From NCBI RefSeq assembly GCF_000497125.1, contig NC_090602.1, positions 124,001-188,000 on the forward strand: DNA of 64,000 nucleotides, given 5' to 3'. The notes under the pieces are model-generated. The model was not told where the DNA came from. It ran no database searches and saw only the letters and a list, made by a program, of their open reading frames with translations. Position 1 is the stretch's first letter. Each line of letters opens with the position of its first letter. A program made the position numbers and the translations under genes. Shown here one piece after another: positions 1 to 13,201 of the stretch. The DNA comes from Spironucleus salmonicida (lineage: Eukaryota).

Positions 1-723
1 GAAATTAACCAAATCTCTTAAATACACACGAATTTATCTACTATATCTAATGATAGTGATTAAGGATTAAAGTTAATTGAATTATCTACTCCTATTAAAT
101 AACCTAGCCCAGCAAGACCCTCGCATATTATTAATGAGTTACCGCCAAGGGTAGATCAGATATCATAATGTTCTTTAAAATCTGAGTAGATAGATGAAAA
201 ATAAAATATTAATCTCTAGGTAGTATAAGAAAATCCGTGTTTATATTTGTAGATATTTGAGTATTTAATTGATAAACCCATTGAATTTTTTAAGATTCAA
301 TTTAACTAGGTAGGTGAGAAAGTGGTCTAGCAGCCATCAGAATAATTATAAAATTCTGTTTAATATATTTCTTCAGCTTAACAGTAATGTCACTAAGAAG
401 AAAAAAAAGAAGATATTTTTGATTTTGAAATACATGAAATAATTGTGATGCCTTAATTATAAAATGAACTAATAATACTAGATGGCCAATAGGAGAAATT
501 TTATCAGGATTAAGAATATAGTAGATAGTCACATGAGATTATTTAAGCTTGCAAGTCATCTAATCAAAATATTAATAAAGAAGAAACTAATGATGATTTA
601 TATTAAGAGGAATTGAATAAAGAGAAGAATTATGGTTCGTTTTCCCAACCAATAGAAATCCCGTCGATAACGACTCCGTCTAAATTAGGAAGAATCGAAT
701 TAAAACATTTGAATATAGAGTGA
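1..723 (+). CDS. 3' part of hypothetical low-complexity protein (runs off window start)
   Basis: Frame 1 open from base 1 (EINQISQIHTNLS...) with TAA/TAG=Gln; ends GAG-TGA at 721-723 (AGTGA). Confidence 0.6.
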
Positions 724-754
724 ATTATATTACTAGTTTTAATATGACAAAACC

Positions 755-2317
755 TCACTTCGTTCCTGATCTATAATTAAATGATTAAGAGCCTGCACCA
801 ACTTAACCTTTGGGAGTAAGAGTATTATTATTGAGTTATAATCCACTCCTACTAGGAGGTGGGGCATCCCGAATAGAAGTCATAAATTTATTACTCTATG
901 CTAAAGTAGAACGAACAACTGTGCTTTAACTAAATGTAGCAGGTCTAGTAGAGGATAGTTCTTTTGTTTGGCTTAAAAGACCTTGTACTTATACAGTACC
1001 TCCATTAATATTTGATCCATGACCATGCTTTTTGTCATTTTTCCACATCCCTTCGTATATAGAATTATCCGCATAACGACAGATACCCATTCCATCTCTA
1101 ACATCATTCTTAAATTCGCCGGTATATTCACTTCCATCATTATATCTATAAATACCTCTCCCATGTTTCAAATTATTAAAGAATTAGCCTTCATATTTTC
1201 CTCCTGTTGACTCTTCTAAAATACCATGCCCCTATCTACATCCATCTCTAAATTCTCCTCTATAGATATCTCCACTAGGATATCTACAAACACCTCGACC
1301 GTTTCTTTTATCGTTTGCATATGTTCCAGTAAAACTTTCACCAGATGATAAAATATCTGTGCCCTCTCCGTGACGCATTCCTTAACAGAACTCACCAGAG
1401 TATCTAGTTCCATCGGATAGTTAAATGTTACCTTATCCATGGGCCATACCATTTTTAAATGATCCTTCATATACACTAGAATCTGGAAATTCAACTCTTA
1501 CCTTTTTAGAATCAATTTCATCATTTCTATACTCAGAAATCCACTTTTAACCATCAATTAGAGTCAGAACTCCTTAACCATGTCTCATGTCTCTTGTCCA
1601 CTATCCATCATATAATGATCCGTCAGCATATCTCATAACACCATTTCCTGCTCTTTCATCATCACACCAGATACCTGTATAAACAGGTTATGCTTAATCA
1701 TTGGGTTACTAAGGATAGGTCATGCTACCTTTACCATTACGTTTATCATCAACCCATTCACCCGTATATGTAGCTTATCCATCCACCATAGTACCTGTGC
1801 CATGTCTACGACAATTTTTAAACTCTCCTTAATACACTGATTAGTTAGAAAAAGTAAGAGTTCCCCTTCCTTCCATTGCGCCCTATTTCCATGACCCATC
1901 ATAAGAGCTACCATCGGTAAACTAACAATACCCATGACCATTTGGCAAGCCTTCATTAAAATCACCTTCATATAATTCACCTGTCGCATATTGCAATTTT
2001 CCAGGCCCATCTGCTCTTTCTCCTTATGTAAAAGAGCCCTCGAAAACGTCTCCATTTGGTAAAAATAATACGCCTTAACCAGATGGTGAATCATTTTCCC
2101 ATGAACCTTTATAGAGTGAACCATCAGGATATCTACAAACTCCATATCCGGCTCGTTATCCATTTGCAAATTCTCCCTAGTATGATTCACCATCCGCAGT
2201 TTCTAGTTCACCCATACCATGCCTAACATCATCTAAATAATCTCCCTTATATCTATCTTGTCTTAATGTAGGTAGGTTGGTTGCATTTTTCATAAAAGAC
2301 TTCGAAGTTGATTTCAT
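755..2317 (-). CDS. MORN-repeat protein, 520 aa
   Basis: MKSTSKSF... start; many YxGxW/FxxDxRHGxG repeats (YKGDYLDDVRHGMG, YTGEFKNDVRDGMG, YEGMWKNDKKHGHG); ends AAG-TGA. Confidence 0.9.
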
Positions 2318-2368
2318 TTTATAAAATGCGGAATGGTCAAAATATACATAAATAATATAATACTTCAT

Positions 2369-5300
2369 TCATAGGACTAAAATTTCTAAAGCTTTATCAT
2401 ACTTTAAATTGATTGTTTCTAAGGATAATTCATCTTTAATAGCACAAATATTTTCATGATTAGCTAGTAATATATCATTATTTTAAGGAACCCATATTCT
2501 TTGAATAGACTGTTTTAAAAATCCTGGTAATAGACAAATAAATACCATAGAAATAAACATAAGCCAGTAATTTAAATTTGTAAAAATAAAGAAAAGCTAT
2601 CCATGAAGCCCTATTCCAAACCCTGTGAAAAAATTACCAACAACTAAGCATAACCAGAAAATAAAGAATGACAACATCAGTAAACCAAAAACTAAAAAAT
2701 TCCAAAATTATGTAATAATATATACTCTAACAATAGCGATAATACAAATCGAACTCATAATTAAAACTTATAAAGAATATAAATCCCCGGCAAATCCATT
2801 TCTATAAATAATCCCATTACCAAAAATATATCTCTATGCTTAAAATAAAACCTAACTACATAAAAAACTATATAACATATTAATAAAAACACTTCTTAAA
2901 TTAGGACTATATTTTTTGTTAAAATATTTAAGCCCCTGGGGATAATTCATTAAGTCTATATCATATGCATCTTTTTCCATCAGAGAATATCCTGCTATAG
3001 GAATAAATGTCATTAGAGTATTAAAAATTGTTAATAGTAAACTTTCAGTGACTATATTTCCTGAAACCTTGCTGAAGAAGGCGTAGGTGAGGTTGACGAA
3101 GGTGAGCATGGAGTTTTTGTAGATGCAGTAGTCGACGAGCTGGGAGTTTCGGAAGTGGCTGATGCGGCCGTGGACGAAGATCACGCGCTTGAGGAAGGAG
3201 AACTGGGGGATGGAGATATCCGCCGAGTTGCAGGCGTGGAGGCCCTCGCGCCCGGCAACGCCCACGCCGATCTGCGCTGTCTTGATCATGACGACGTCGT
3301 TGGCGCCGTCCCCTATGGAGAGTGTGGTGAGGTAGGGCTTGTACTGATGCGCCAGGTTGACGATGAGCGCCTTCTCCTGGGGCGAGAGCCGGCAGCAGAC
3401 CACCGAGCTGCAGAAGACGGCGATGTGGAAGAACTTGTACTGGAGGTTGTGCTTGATGAGGAGCTTGAACATGTCGGTGTCCAGGACGACGGTGATGGGC
3501 ACGGTCTCCTCCTGGACGACCTGCTTGTTGAAGATGGACTTCATGTAGGACATGACCTTGGACTCGTTCTTGGTCGTGATCTCGTACAGCATGGCCAGCT
3601 GGGCGAAGTAGCCCTTCTTCTGGGCCTCGGTGAGGTGCTCCGTCTGCAGCTGGACGCCGTGGTCGATCAGCTGGTTGAGCGTTTGCTTCTCCTGCTGCTT
3701 CTGTGTGTTCTGCGTCGCCCCCTTCACGGCGTCGGCGTAGGCCTCGGCGGTGAGGTAGATGAACTGGCTGTCCGCCTGCGCGAGGCCGGCAGCCTTGGCA
3801 ATGTTGACAGCCGTCAGCGTCTTGTCGCCGGTCAGCATCCAAACCTTGATACCGGCCGCGAGGAGCGAGGTCAGGGTTTCCTGGAGGTCGTCCTGCAGCT
3901 CGTCCTCGATCGCGGACACGCACTGGAAGACGAGGTCCCGCTCCAGCTCGCCCGTGAGCGCCTCGTAGCGGCCGTCCTCCTCGGGCAGGAGCTTGACCTG
4001 GTCCCACTGCTCGAGCCACTGGCATGCGTCCCCCAGACGCTTGGAGCCGAAGGCGAGGGTGCGGAGGCCGAACTTGGAGAAGTTGTCCACGTTGACCTGG
4101 ACCTGGGCGTAGAACTCGGGCGCCTGGTAGATGTCCATGTAGGGCATGATGAAGGAGTCGGCGCCCTTGGACAGCACGAAGGTCTCGCCGGGCAGGGCGA
4201 TCTCCTGCGGGGTGCAGTAGACGGCGCCGGCGGAGACGAACTGGCTGAAGGCGGTGAGGTCGGAGAGCAGCACGGACCCGATTTCGCGGAGCACGATGGA
4301 CATCTTCTTGCGGGCCGAGGAGAAGGGCACCACGGCGAGGACCTCGTACTGGAGGCTGATGGTCTTGCCCTGGTAGTTGTACTCGAAGAAGATGGCCTTG
4401 GAGTGCTTCAGCTTGAACTGCAGCCCGAAGTGGTTCGCGACCTCCACGAAGGAGATTTCGTCGGGGGACTCCGCCTGGTACACGATGGCGTTGTTCTCGA
4501 TCTGGGGCAGCACGGTGTTGCAGAGGGCGAACGAAAACTTGGCGGCCTGGTCGATGTCCTTGATGGGGCAGACCTTGTTCTTCATCGCCTTGCTCACGTC
4601 GTACACGGTGTTCCTCTTGTCGATGAAGGAGTGGAAGGTCATCTGGTTCTTCGTGAGCGTTCCCGTCTTGTCTGAGAATATGATGTCCACCTCCGCCAAG
4701 TTCTCGACCGCGATCGAGTTCCGGACCTGCACGCTGTGCTGTACCGCGCTCTCGTTGTAGAACGGGGACTTCGAGATGGGCGTGCCCACGTTGCGCTCCT
4801 ACCACTCGAGAATATCCTTCCGTCGAAGTTTCTTGTCCAGGTCGATGAGAATAGATTATAGGAATCTTACGATTTCAATAGTGACAAAAAGAGAGATTGG
4901 AAGTAGATAGGCACAAATAATAAGATATTAAACAAATCGTTATACTGCTTTAATTGGCCCATTGGTTTCTGCCGAATATGCAAATCCATCAAAATTAACG
5001 GTATATCCAATAACTGCAAATGAAACTATGAGGCATAATGCCAAAATAGTTATAAGCAGAATAAGAAAATTGATTCGTGTATCTAGTCTAGAAGTTTTAT
5101 TCTTGGATGGAAGCTGGTTCTGCATGAGTCTGGTATCCTTAGCAGTATATACTACAGCAGCAATCACCTCTTGAGTATTTTAAATTCGAACACCTCTTAG
5201 TAGTACATTATCCATCTAGAAATTTATATCATACTCAAAATGTAGATTATTTTAATCCGTAATGTGCTAGTTTGAATCGGTATTTGACTAAATATCCTTG

Positions 5301-6004
5301 ACGGGAACGTCCTAGGAAACAAACAGCTTTCCATTAAATTTGTGCATATCATTGCTGGGCGGCTGGACAGTTACCCGACCGAAGAAGTTAGAGAAAACCT
5401 ATGCAACGTCATCGTGTGCCTTGCTGATCAAAGTAAAGGGGAGAACCTGATTTCTTATTTTCAAATTCGACTCTCCATCCAGAGAAGCAGTGCTGATAAA
5501 GCCTATGCGAGACTCATCATAAGAGTACAGGAGCACAGAGTCTGCTGGGACTTCCTGTGTATTCATGAGGAACAAAATATCACCCTGTTTTATATCTGAG
5601 CTGCAGATATCTATTTACTTTCCGTCGCGCAAAACTTTATACTTTTGAGAATTTGCTTATTTGTCAGCTTTATATCTACCAAGATCTTCTAAAATTTCTC
5701 TTAAAGCAGCTACTAATAAAACAAAAACAACAGGAACAAATGCCGAAAAAAGATTAATTACTGCAGCTCCAGGGATTAAATTTGACATAGCTTAGACAAG
5801 ATAAAAAACATTGGATGGTTTTTAGTATTGTTAATACAAAAACAGAAAGATAAAGTTCCACCAGCGATACTTACACGATGATATGAGGTTATTCTTTGCA
5901 TTAAGGGGATCATAGAAATTTATTTCCACTTTATTAGCTTCTTCAATAATAATCTATGTGGTTGCAAATTTACCTTTAGATTTCGATTTGAGCTTCCTTA
6001 TCAT
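2369..6004 (-). CDS. P4-type ATPase (phospholipid flippase), ~1211 aa
   Basis: FSDKTGTLTKNQM, YQAESPDE, KGADS, GLRTL, AIEDELQ, WMLTGDK, CCRLSPQEK, IGDGANDV, LDGESNLK motifs; track ORFs 2852-4789 and 4940-5167 share one frame. Confidence 0.95.
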
Positions 6005-6640
6005 TTTTAGATAGTGTTTAATTAGTAAATAATTAATATATTATATTTAATTTACCTTTAACTTTAAATACTATTATTTTATAATATAAGTAAATGCTAG
6101 TAAATAGTTATAAAATTAATTTTATATTAATATGACAAATCAACTAAGTATATAAATTTAATACAATACATATTATTAACGATCAAAGTTAATTCTTTGA
6201 TTCATCTCATTTTAGTTAATATAGTTATTGTTATTTTACACTATAAATAAATATATAATTATTATTTCATAACTTTAGATATAAATATATGTATGATATA
6301 ATACAGCAGTAATAGATTATCAAAATCATAATTAAGATTTTGACGTTTCTATATAAAAATACTTCCAGTGATTATAATCTACTCATATTAACCTTAATTT
6401 AGTGATTGATATGAAAATAATAAACTATTTAGATAATTGTTCGAGTAATATAAATAAAATTAATAATGAACAGATTACGCATTACTTTCAATAAGCATTC
6501 ACAAAATAATATTATAAAATAACAATAAACCAGCTACAAGATAAATACTCACTTGGGGTTAAATTATTTATACAATTGTATATTGTAAACTAATTAAAAA
6601 TATAATATAATATTAAATGATTATTATACTTTCATGAAAA

Positions 6641-8101
6641 ATGTACAAGTTAAAACCAGGAGCTACAAACCCTAAATTTCTCATACCATATATGGGATTT
6701 ATTTTTTGTATAACCTTCTTTGATAATATATCCTTATTAATAGCTCTTCCATTAATCTAAAAAGATAATGATTGGACCAATTCGTAAGCCCAGTGGATTT
6801 TAACATCATTTTTAGTGGCCACTACATCATGTGCAATTCCCCTATCTAGATTAGGTGAAAAATTAGGATTTGTAAATATTTAATTACTTTATTTATCGCT
6901 AACTATTGTTTTAGATATTGGTATGTTTTTCACTATAAATTTTTATGGTTTCTTGGCCCTTAGATTTCTATTTGGAGCAGTTACTGCAGGATTATTGGGT
7001 TCCAAAGATATTTTGATTAGGCTGCTTCCGAATTAAGAAAATATATAAAAGTCAGTATTTATTATGATTTAAACTGGAAATTATATCTGCTTAATTGGTC
7101 CTGCATTTGCAGGTTTCTTAGTTCAATATATACCTTGGAAGTACACTTTTATTATAGGTATTTTCTTCTCACTTTCCTCTATAGTTTGTCTTATTTTTAT
7201 TGAATAACCCCCAATTATTCAAAAAAATGTAAAGTTTGATTTTATTGGAAGTCTCTTACTTGTTATTTTTGTTCTATGTTTTTGCTTTGTTTTCTCATTT
7301 TGTGCACTTTTCAAGACAGTTTATGCAGTAATTTCTTTGGTTCTAGGATGCGTATTTTGTACTATATTCTACTTCTTTGAAAAAAGAAGTGAAAATCCAA
7401 TTTTAAATTTTAAATTTTGTAAAAACCCAGTATCTACGATTACTATCTGTTGCATCATCGGTTTCTTAATCCTCGGCTGTCTTAACTACGTTTTAACTCA
7501 ATTTTTATACGGAAAAATTAGCTAAATTGGTATTAGCGGCGTATAATGTGGAGCATAGTTTTTGGTAATCATTTTAATGATTTTTATTCCAAGATTATAA
7601 AAAAAAATCTTAAATAGAACTATCATTTTATTTGCTTTTGCTTCATACGCTGTGTTTAACCTGCTTTTACTAGTAGGAATAAACAATATTTTTTGCTTTA
7701 TCTCTTTTTACATTTTGGCGTTCACTTCTGCGAATATTTTCATTCAGATTCTTTACCCAATGGCTCTTATGTCAACTCCACCGATGTATATTTCGTAGGT
7801 AGCAGCATTCCCGACATTTGCGAGAACATTTGGGCAAAGTTTAGCTTATAGTATATTTTCAATGTTGTTATAAGTTTCTAAAGAAGGTGTTATATATTGT
7901 ATATTAATCTGCGGTGTATGCGGGTTTGTTGGATTCTTATTATCGATTTTTAGACTAGGTGTAGGGAGCTACGAGAATGGAAAAAAGGCATTCAGATAAG
8001 AATAAGTCAGAAAGTTGGAGATAGACACGGCTTATGAGGGTATACATGAAGTACTAGAGGATATTGAAGAAGGTTGTGAAGATCTTTTGACAACTGAATG
8101 A
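6641..8101 (+). CDS. MFS transporter, EmrB/QacA (DHA2)-like, 486 aa
   Basis: FDNISLLIALPLI, QAQWILTSF, RLGEKLG, LALRFLFG, IGPAFAGFL, PWKYTF, KFDFIG, ENPILNF motifs; many hydrophobic segments. Confidence 0.85.
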
Positions 8102-8164
8102 ATTTTAAAATATTATTTAGTTTTAATAATATATATTGATAATGGATTATATATTCCGCACAAA

Positions 8165-8569
8165 ATGATCGGCACTAAGCAGTTAGTACGTCTTTAATGT
8201 TAAAGGACTAAGAAGTTCGTTAGAATCTGTAAAGATGGTAAGGTTGAGGCACTTGATGGAGGTTCACGCTGGTCAACATTCCATATGTCTGTTCGTGACG
8301 CTAATACCTATTTATTTTAAATTGCTGATCATGATAATATGCATCTTTGGTTATAAGTCACAGGTGAGGGTTAAGTTAACGGTCATGGTTAAGGTGGGCC
8401 TACTTCTTAATTTAAGATGAAAATGTATGGTCCTAATATTGTGTTAAGTCCCAATTTCAATTTAGATTGGGATATTGGCTTTGATTCTCATGGATAGCCA
8501 TTGCCATGTTCTTAAGTAGAAGATGGCGATAAAGGAGCATTGCTTAAAGTAATAAAAATTGAACAGTGA
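8165..8569 (+). CDS. Small beta-trefoil protein, FGF-like, 134 aa
   Basis: VRLQCQRTKKFVRICKDGKVEA ... LQVTGEGQVNG ... WDIGFDSHGQPLPCSQVEDGDKGALL; threefold internal pattern; ends CAG-TGA. Confidence 0.7.
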
Positions 8570-8688
8570 TCAATTAAAAATTCATATAATATATTATACT
8601 ATTTTATATGTTCAATATAATTAATATTTTTATTGAAAACTTTCACTAATTATACTTAAAGAATACAATATATTATAAATATTTTTTA

Positions 8689-9228
8689 ATGACAGATGCA
8701 GATATTTTAACATAAATGAAAGAACGTGAACGAGCTTTTCAAGTTAGTGGGCCATTATTTAATTCTTAGTTGCATTTTGAATAGTATTCAACAATTCATT
8801 AAACAATTATGACAAATTTAAATAATGAAGTACGATCATAATAAAAACCTATGCCAATTACTCTTCCTACATCGATATTAACATATAATGGCCATAATAA
8901 ATGGTCTTAATGTTATCATTTAAATCATAGTCTTAATGAAACTCGAGCTGATTATTCCTAAAAGAATAAAGTAATGAGATCTTTGATGGTTTTTACTGAT
9001 ATTGGTAGTAATGATGTGCATTTGAAATCATAAGAAAAAAATTCTACAGAAAATATAGATTATACTAAACCGAAATTGAAATATAAATCAATTACTAAGA
9101 AAATTCATTCTTCAGAAGAATTTCTAAGAAAACTATAAAGTCCATAGAGAAACTAATCATAACACTCAAAGAAAGTTTAACTGCCAATTTTGAGACCATA
9201 ATCTGTTCAAAGAATCTTTCCGTAGTGA
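8689..9228 (+). CDS. Hypothetical protein, 179 aa
   Basis: MTDADILTQMKERER...; ends TAG-TGA (AGTGA). Confidence 0.6.
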
Positions 9229-10117
9229 TTTTATTATATAGATTTTTTAAATTTTTCTAAAGATCCTGAATAATCATGGTGGAACACATTACTAAATAAA
9301 TATAATATACAAATTTATTCCATTATTATAGTCTTTTAATCATACGAAATTTACAAGAAATTAAGCGAAATAGAGTAATATAAATTCAGATATATAACTT
9401 TTATTATATTAATAAATCTGGCTGTTAATATACGAAACATTGCATATATTAAGATATATAAACTGAGTTTAGGTAATAATAATATCATTTAGTTTCGTTA
9501 TATATGACTAATAGAAATACATGTAGTAACTCTAGAAATTAATGAATAAATATAATTTCTAAAATAAAAACACTCTATCAATTTAGTAAAAAATGTATTT
9601 TACAAAAACTATTTAAGAAAGTTGAAATTAACCGCATCATTCCTTAATGATCCCCATTGATCTTATTTGCTTTTTAGACATGCCTCTAACCTTCTTAGGA
9701 TCAATCGTGATTTTCTTTTAAGATCTATCAGCTCTAGCTTATTTTTAGGCTTTAATTTTGTCAACTTTTTCTCTAATGATTTATTACTATATTTCTCTAA
9801 ATTCCTTAGAAAGAGCTTTAGCTTCTTTTATTTGCATATACTTTTCCTTTGATTTATTAAAATCTTCTGATGTTTTTCTGATGACTTTTGTATGTGTTTT
9901 CCAAGATCTATGTAGAGATGAGCCAGTACGATGACCTAATTCTCCCATTTTTATATAGGAGCGATAAGTGGAGTGTGAGGAAATCGCATTTCAATATATA
10001 ATAATAAACATATCTATATCAAACATATAGGGAGTTTAAAAACTGAAAATGACTATAAAATATCCATAATACTTGGGAAATATTTTATTATTTCCTCACT
10101 ACATTTTGTTTTTTAGA

Positions 10118-10531
10118 TCAAGGATTATTGACACTTTATTTTGGAGAATGGAAATCTGTTATTATTTTAAAACCTGAATATAAGAATTAAACTAAGCATT
10201 ATTAGCCTTTTATTATTATATTTAAAATATTTAGTTTAATCAACCTTTTCATTTATTTTTTACTATATGATTAATCTAATATTTCTACTGACTTAATCTG
10301 GTCTTTAAATATTTAAGGTTTTTTCTATAAATATCGAGCTAATTTTTAAAGAACTAACAATACATTTACTTTACTATCATGTTTGAAAGGAAACAAATAC
10401 TTGCTGTTAATAGATTTTTAATTAATATTATTTACTATTAAGTACGACAGCATAATTGATCTGTAGTAAAAACTTCGTTCTGTAATATCATAGTTAGGAT
10501 CAGATGTATATATTGGACGAAATTACTGCAT
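10118..10531 (-). CDS. Hypothetical protein, 137 aa
   Basis: MQQFRPIYTSDPNY... open to TGA; AGTGA about 20 nt downstream; no motif recognised. Confidence 0.35.
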
Positions 10532-10583
10532 TTGCTTTTATCATATAATTATAATAAAATATTATATTATAATAAATACAAAA

Positions 10584-11675
10584 ATGGAAGATTCCTAAAT
10601 AAAAAAGAATTTTGGTCTCTCCCATGATAAACTAAACCCATTTTTGTAATATAAGCATAGGTTTCATATTTTAGATATGTTTAAGGGAATTTTATTTATA
10701 CCAATTGCACTTACTGTTATTCCAAGAGTATTATTAGCTGTTATAATAAGTTTAATTTTATATCTCATCATAAAACCTTTATCATATTATAAGAATACAT
10801 ATTAATTTTGTAAATTCTTAATTCATGTAAATCTGATGATTATTTCTGCTTTGTTATTAATTTTTTGTAATCCATTCCCACGAAAAGTAGATTCCAATTA
10901 TCTGGCAGCATCTCATAGATGTTTTCTTGATGCACTATTTTTATAGCTAGCATATTCTCCATCATTTTTAGCTAAGAATAACTTGTAAGAAATAAAATTT
11001 CTTTCTCCATTTATTAGGATATGTTAACCAATATTTATTAACAGAGATACCCCAGAAAATATATAATGGCCAACTGAAACCAGAATACTATCATTTCCAT
11101 AAGGTACTTTTAGTAATTCTTTTACGGTATCACGGTTTAAAACTGGAATTTTCAGGCATAGTCACGTAGTTATTATTTCTATGTAATATTTTACATTATT
11201 GGATATATCAGGAGCAGGACGCAGCAAATTTTAAGAATTAATACGTAATTTTTGTAATTGTGGATTTGTCAAAATAAAATAGAGTGTTGTTTAAGAAATT
11301 TAGCATGATGAATCAGTTTAAAATTTTAGTGATAGAATGGGAATTTTTTTAGCAGAAATAGAAAATTCTAGATATGTGCCTTATTAACTTAATGATTTTA
11401 TGTATTTCTTTTATAATAAAGAGATTGAAAAATGCAGCAATTATTGGTTAAAGGATTTTGGTTGGATGGGTACATAAAAGTAATACAATGTTTTATGTAA
11501 GAAGAATAATTTACAACGAAATTAGTAGCACGATAAAAATAGATTTAGTATCCTGGATTAACAGATTTTATCAAATTTATCAAAATTATAATTTGATGAT
11601 GATATCACAAATAATTAAATCGTACTCTAAAGACCAGATTATCTTTAGGATAATCAAAACTCAATCAACAAATGA
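10584..11675 (+). CDS. Lysophospholipid acyltransferase (PlsC/LPLAT, LPCAT-like), 363 aa
   Basis: N-terminal NPF plus hydrophobic helices; catalytic HxxxxD (SHRCFLD), PSFLAK, PIFINR, SFPQGT, RFKTGIF. Confidence 0.85.
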
Positions 11676-12172
11676 GAATATATTAAAAGTTCTATTATGT
11701 TATTTTGGATTAATAAAATATAGATACATAATTAAAATGCTACATGATTAGAGTTGACTTTACAGATTAATAGCATTTATTTTAGTATATTTAATTCTAA
11801 TACATAAACTAAGTATCAATATACAAATGAATGCGCTGATTTTGATTAATGTGTCATTAAAAGATTATCATACGATAAATTTGTAATTAAATGATTTATA
11901 TGTTTTATTATTGAAAATTTATTAGCATTAATTTAAATTTACTCGCTTATATAAATTATAATATAATATTTTTAATCCAAGTAAGATTTTAATAGTAATC
12001 AAATATGGCTATTTATTTTTATTAACATTGATACAATCAAAATATTTACTGAATAGCATTTATTAATAAAAAATTATATATTTATAATTATATCTATAGG
12101 TTAAATAAAATAAAACCTAATGATTATATGAATATATATCTTATTAAATAATTATTCAAGTTTACAGATAAA

Positions 12173-12541
12173 ATGAATATAAAATTTACCGACTTATTTT
12201 ATGGCCCATTGACATACAGCAAGTTTAGAAATCTCCATAATTATAAAATTAATGCTAAAAAGAAAATAACTCGCATAGACTTAGATGTTTTATGCAATTT
12301 TTTGTAAATTTAATAAAAAATATTGTCTATAACGAATACTGAGAAACTAGCAGATTATGGTTATTTGGACAGTAACATTTATATTCTACTTCCTCTTCCT
12401 AGCAAAGACAATTCACTGAGATTTCTTTCAGTCAAGTGTGAATAATAAAATATCTTATAAAAGAAAAGTATCGACTGTTTAGAGATATAAGCTAAAAGAA
12501 ATAAAGTTAGAACTAAAATATAACCAGAGGGTAAATCTTGA
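12173..12541 (+). CDS. Hypothetical protein, 122 aa
   Basis: MNIKFTDLFYGP... open to TGA; no motif recognised. Confidence 0.4.
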
Positions 12542-12703
12542 GATATGAAGTAAGTATGATATTTTCAATTTAACATTATTGATTTGATAATATTATTTTT
12601 TTGAATAATTTCATATCAATTTGTAATACATACAGCTTTACACGTTATTAAAAAATGGAATATCATATAGGTATATTATATATAATTAATATAACCACCA
12701 AAA

Positions 12704-13195
12704 ATGTCATTTGGTCGCTAAACGGAGGAGAGAGTTTTATTCAGAATTGATAAAGATAAAACTAATAAATTTTATCAGCGTGATTTATCCTACTAACCAG
12801 ATCCTCCACTTTCCTCTATCACAATTAATGCAAGCCCTCATATTACATATTTTGAGAAAGCAAATAACGAAAAAAGAATGATCCCCGGTCCGGGGGCTTA
12901 TACATTAAAACCTGGAATATAGAATAAAGTGAAGCGTAACGGACCGCGATAAATTTATCTTTAACCGTAAATTTAAAAATACAATGATTTGACTTATTAC
13001 AAATCCCTTGAATAGTTCAAACATATATAGTAAACATCACCCGTATCTAGTTTTAATACAAGTGACCGATGGACTGATCGAACAGCATAACATTTCACAA
13101 AATATGACATGATTGTAAAGCGTATTCAAAGTGCTGCACCATCAAAAAGCTCTTTTCGCCCACAACTACCTAAAAGGTCAAAATTCTGTGACTGA
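12704..13195 (+). CDS. PG-rich (SHIPPO/ODF3-like) repeat protein, probably flagellar, 163 aa
   Basis: Contains IPGPGAY; C-rich patch before ATG. Confidence 0.65.
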
Positions 13196-13201
13196 AATAT
13201 T

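Noticed and set aside
3045-4805. Long alternative ORFs (586 aa on -, 506 aa on +) overlapping the flippase
   Set aside because: Expected shadows of extreme GC3 bias; confined to the GC island with no recognisable motifs.
9240-9989. Long minus-strand open frame from ATG 9989
   Set aside because: No clear stop before the neighbouring gene and no motif; long frames arise by chance with a single stop codon.
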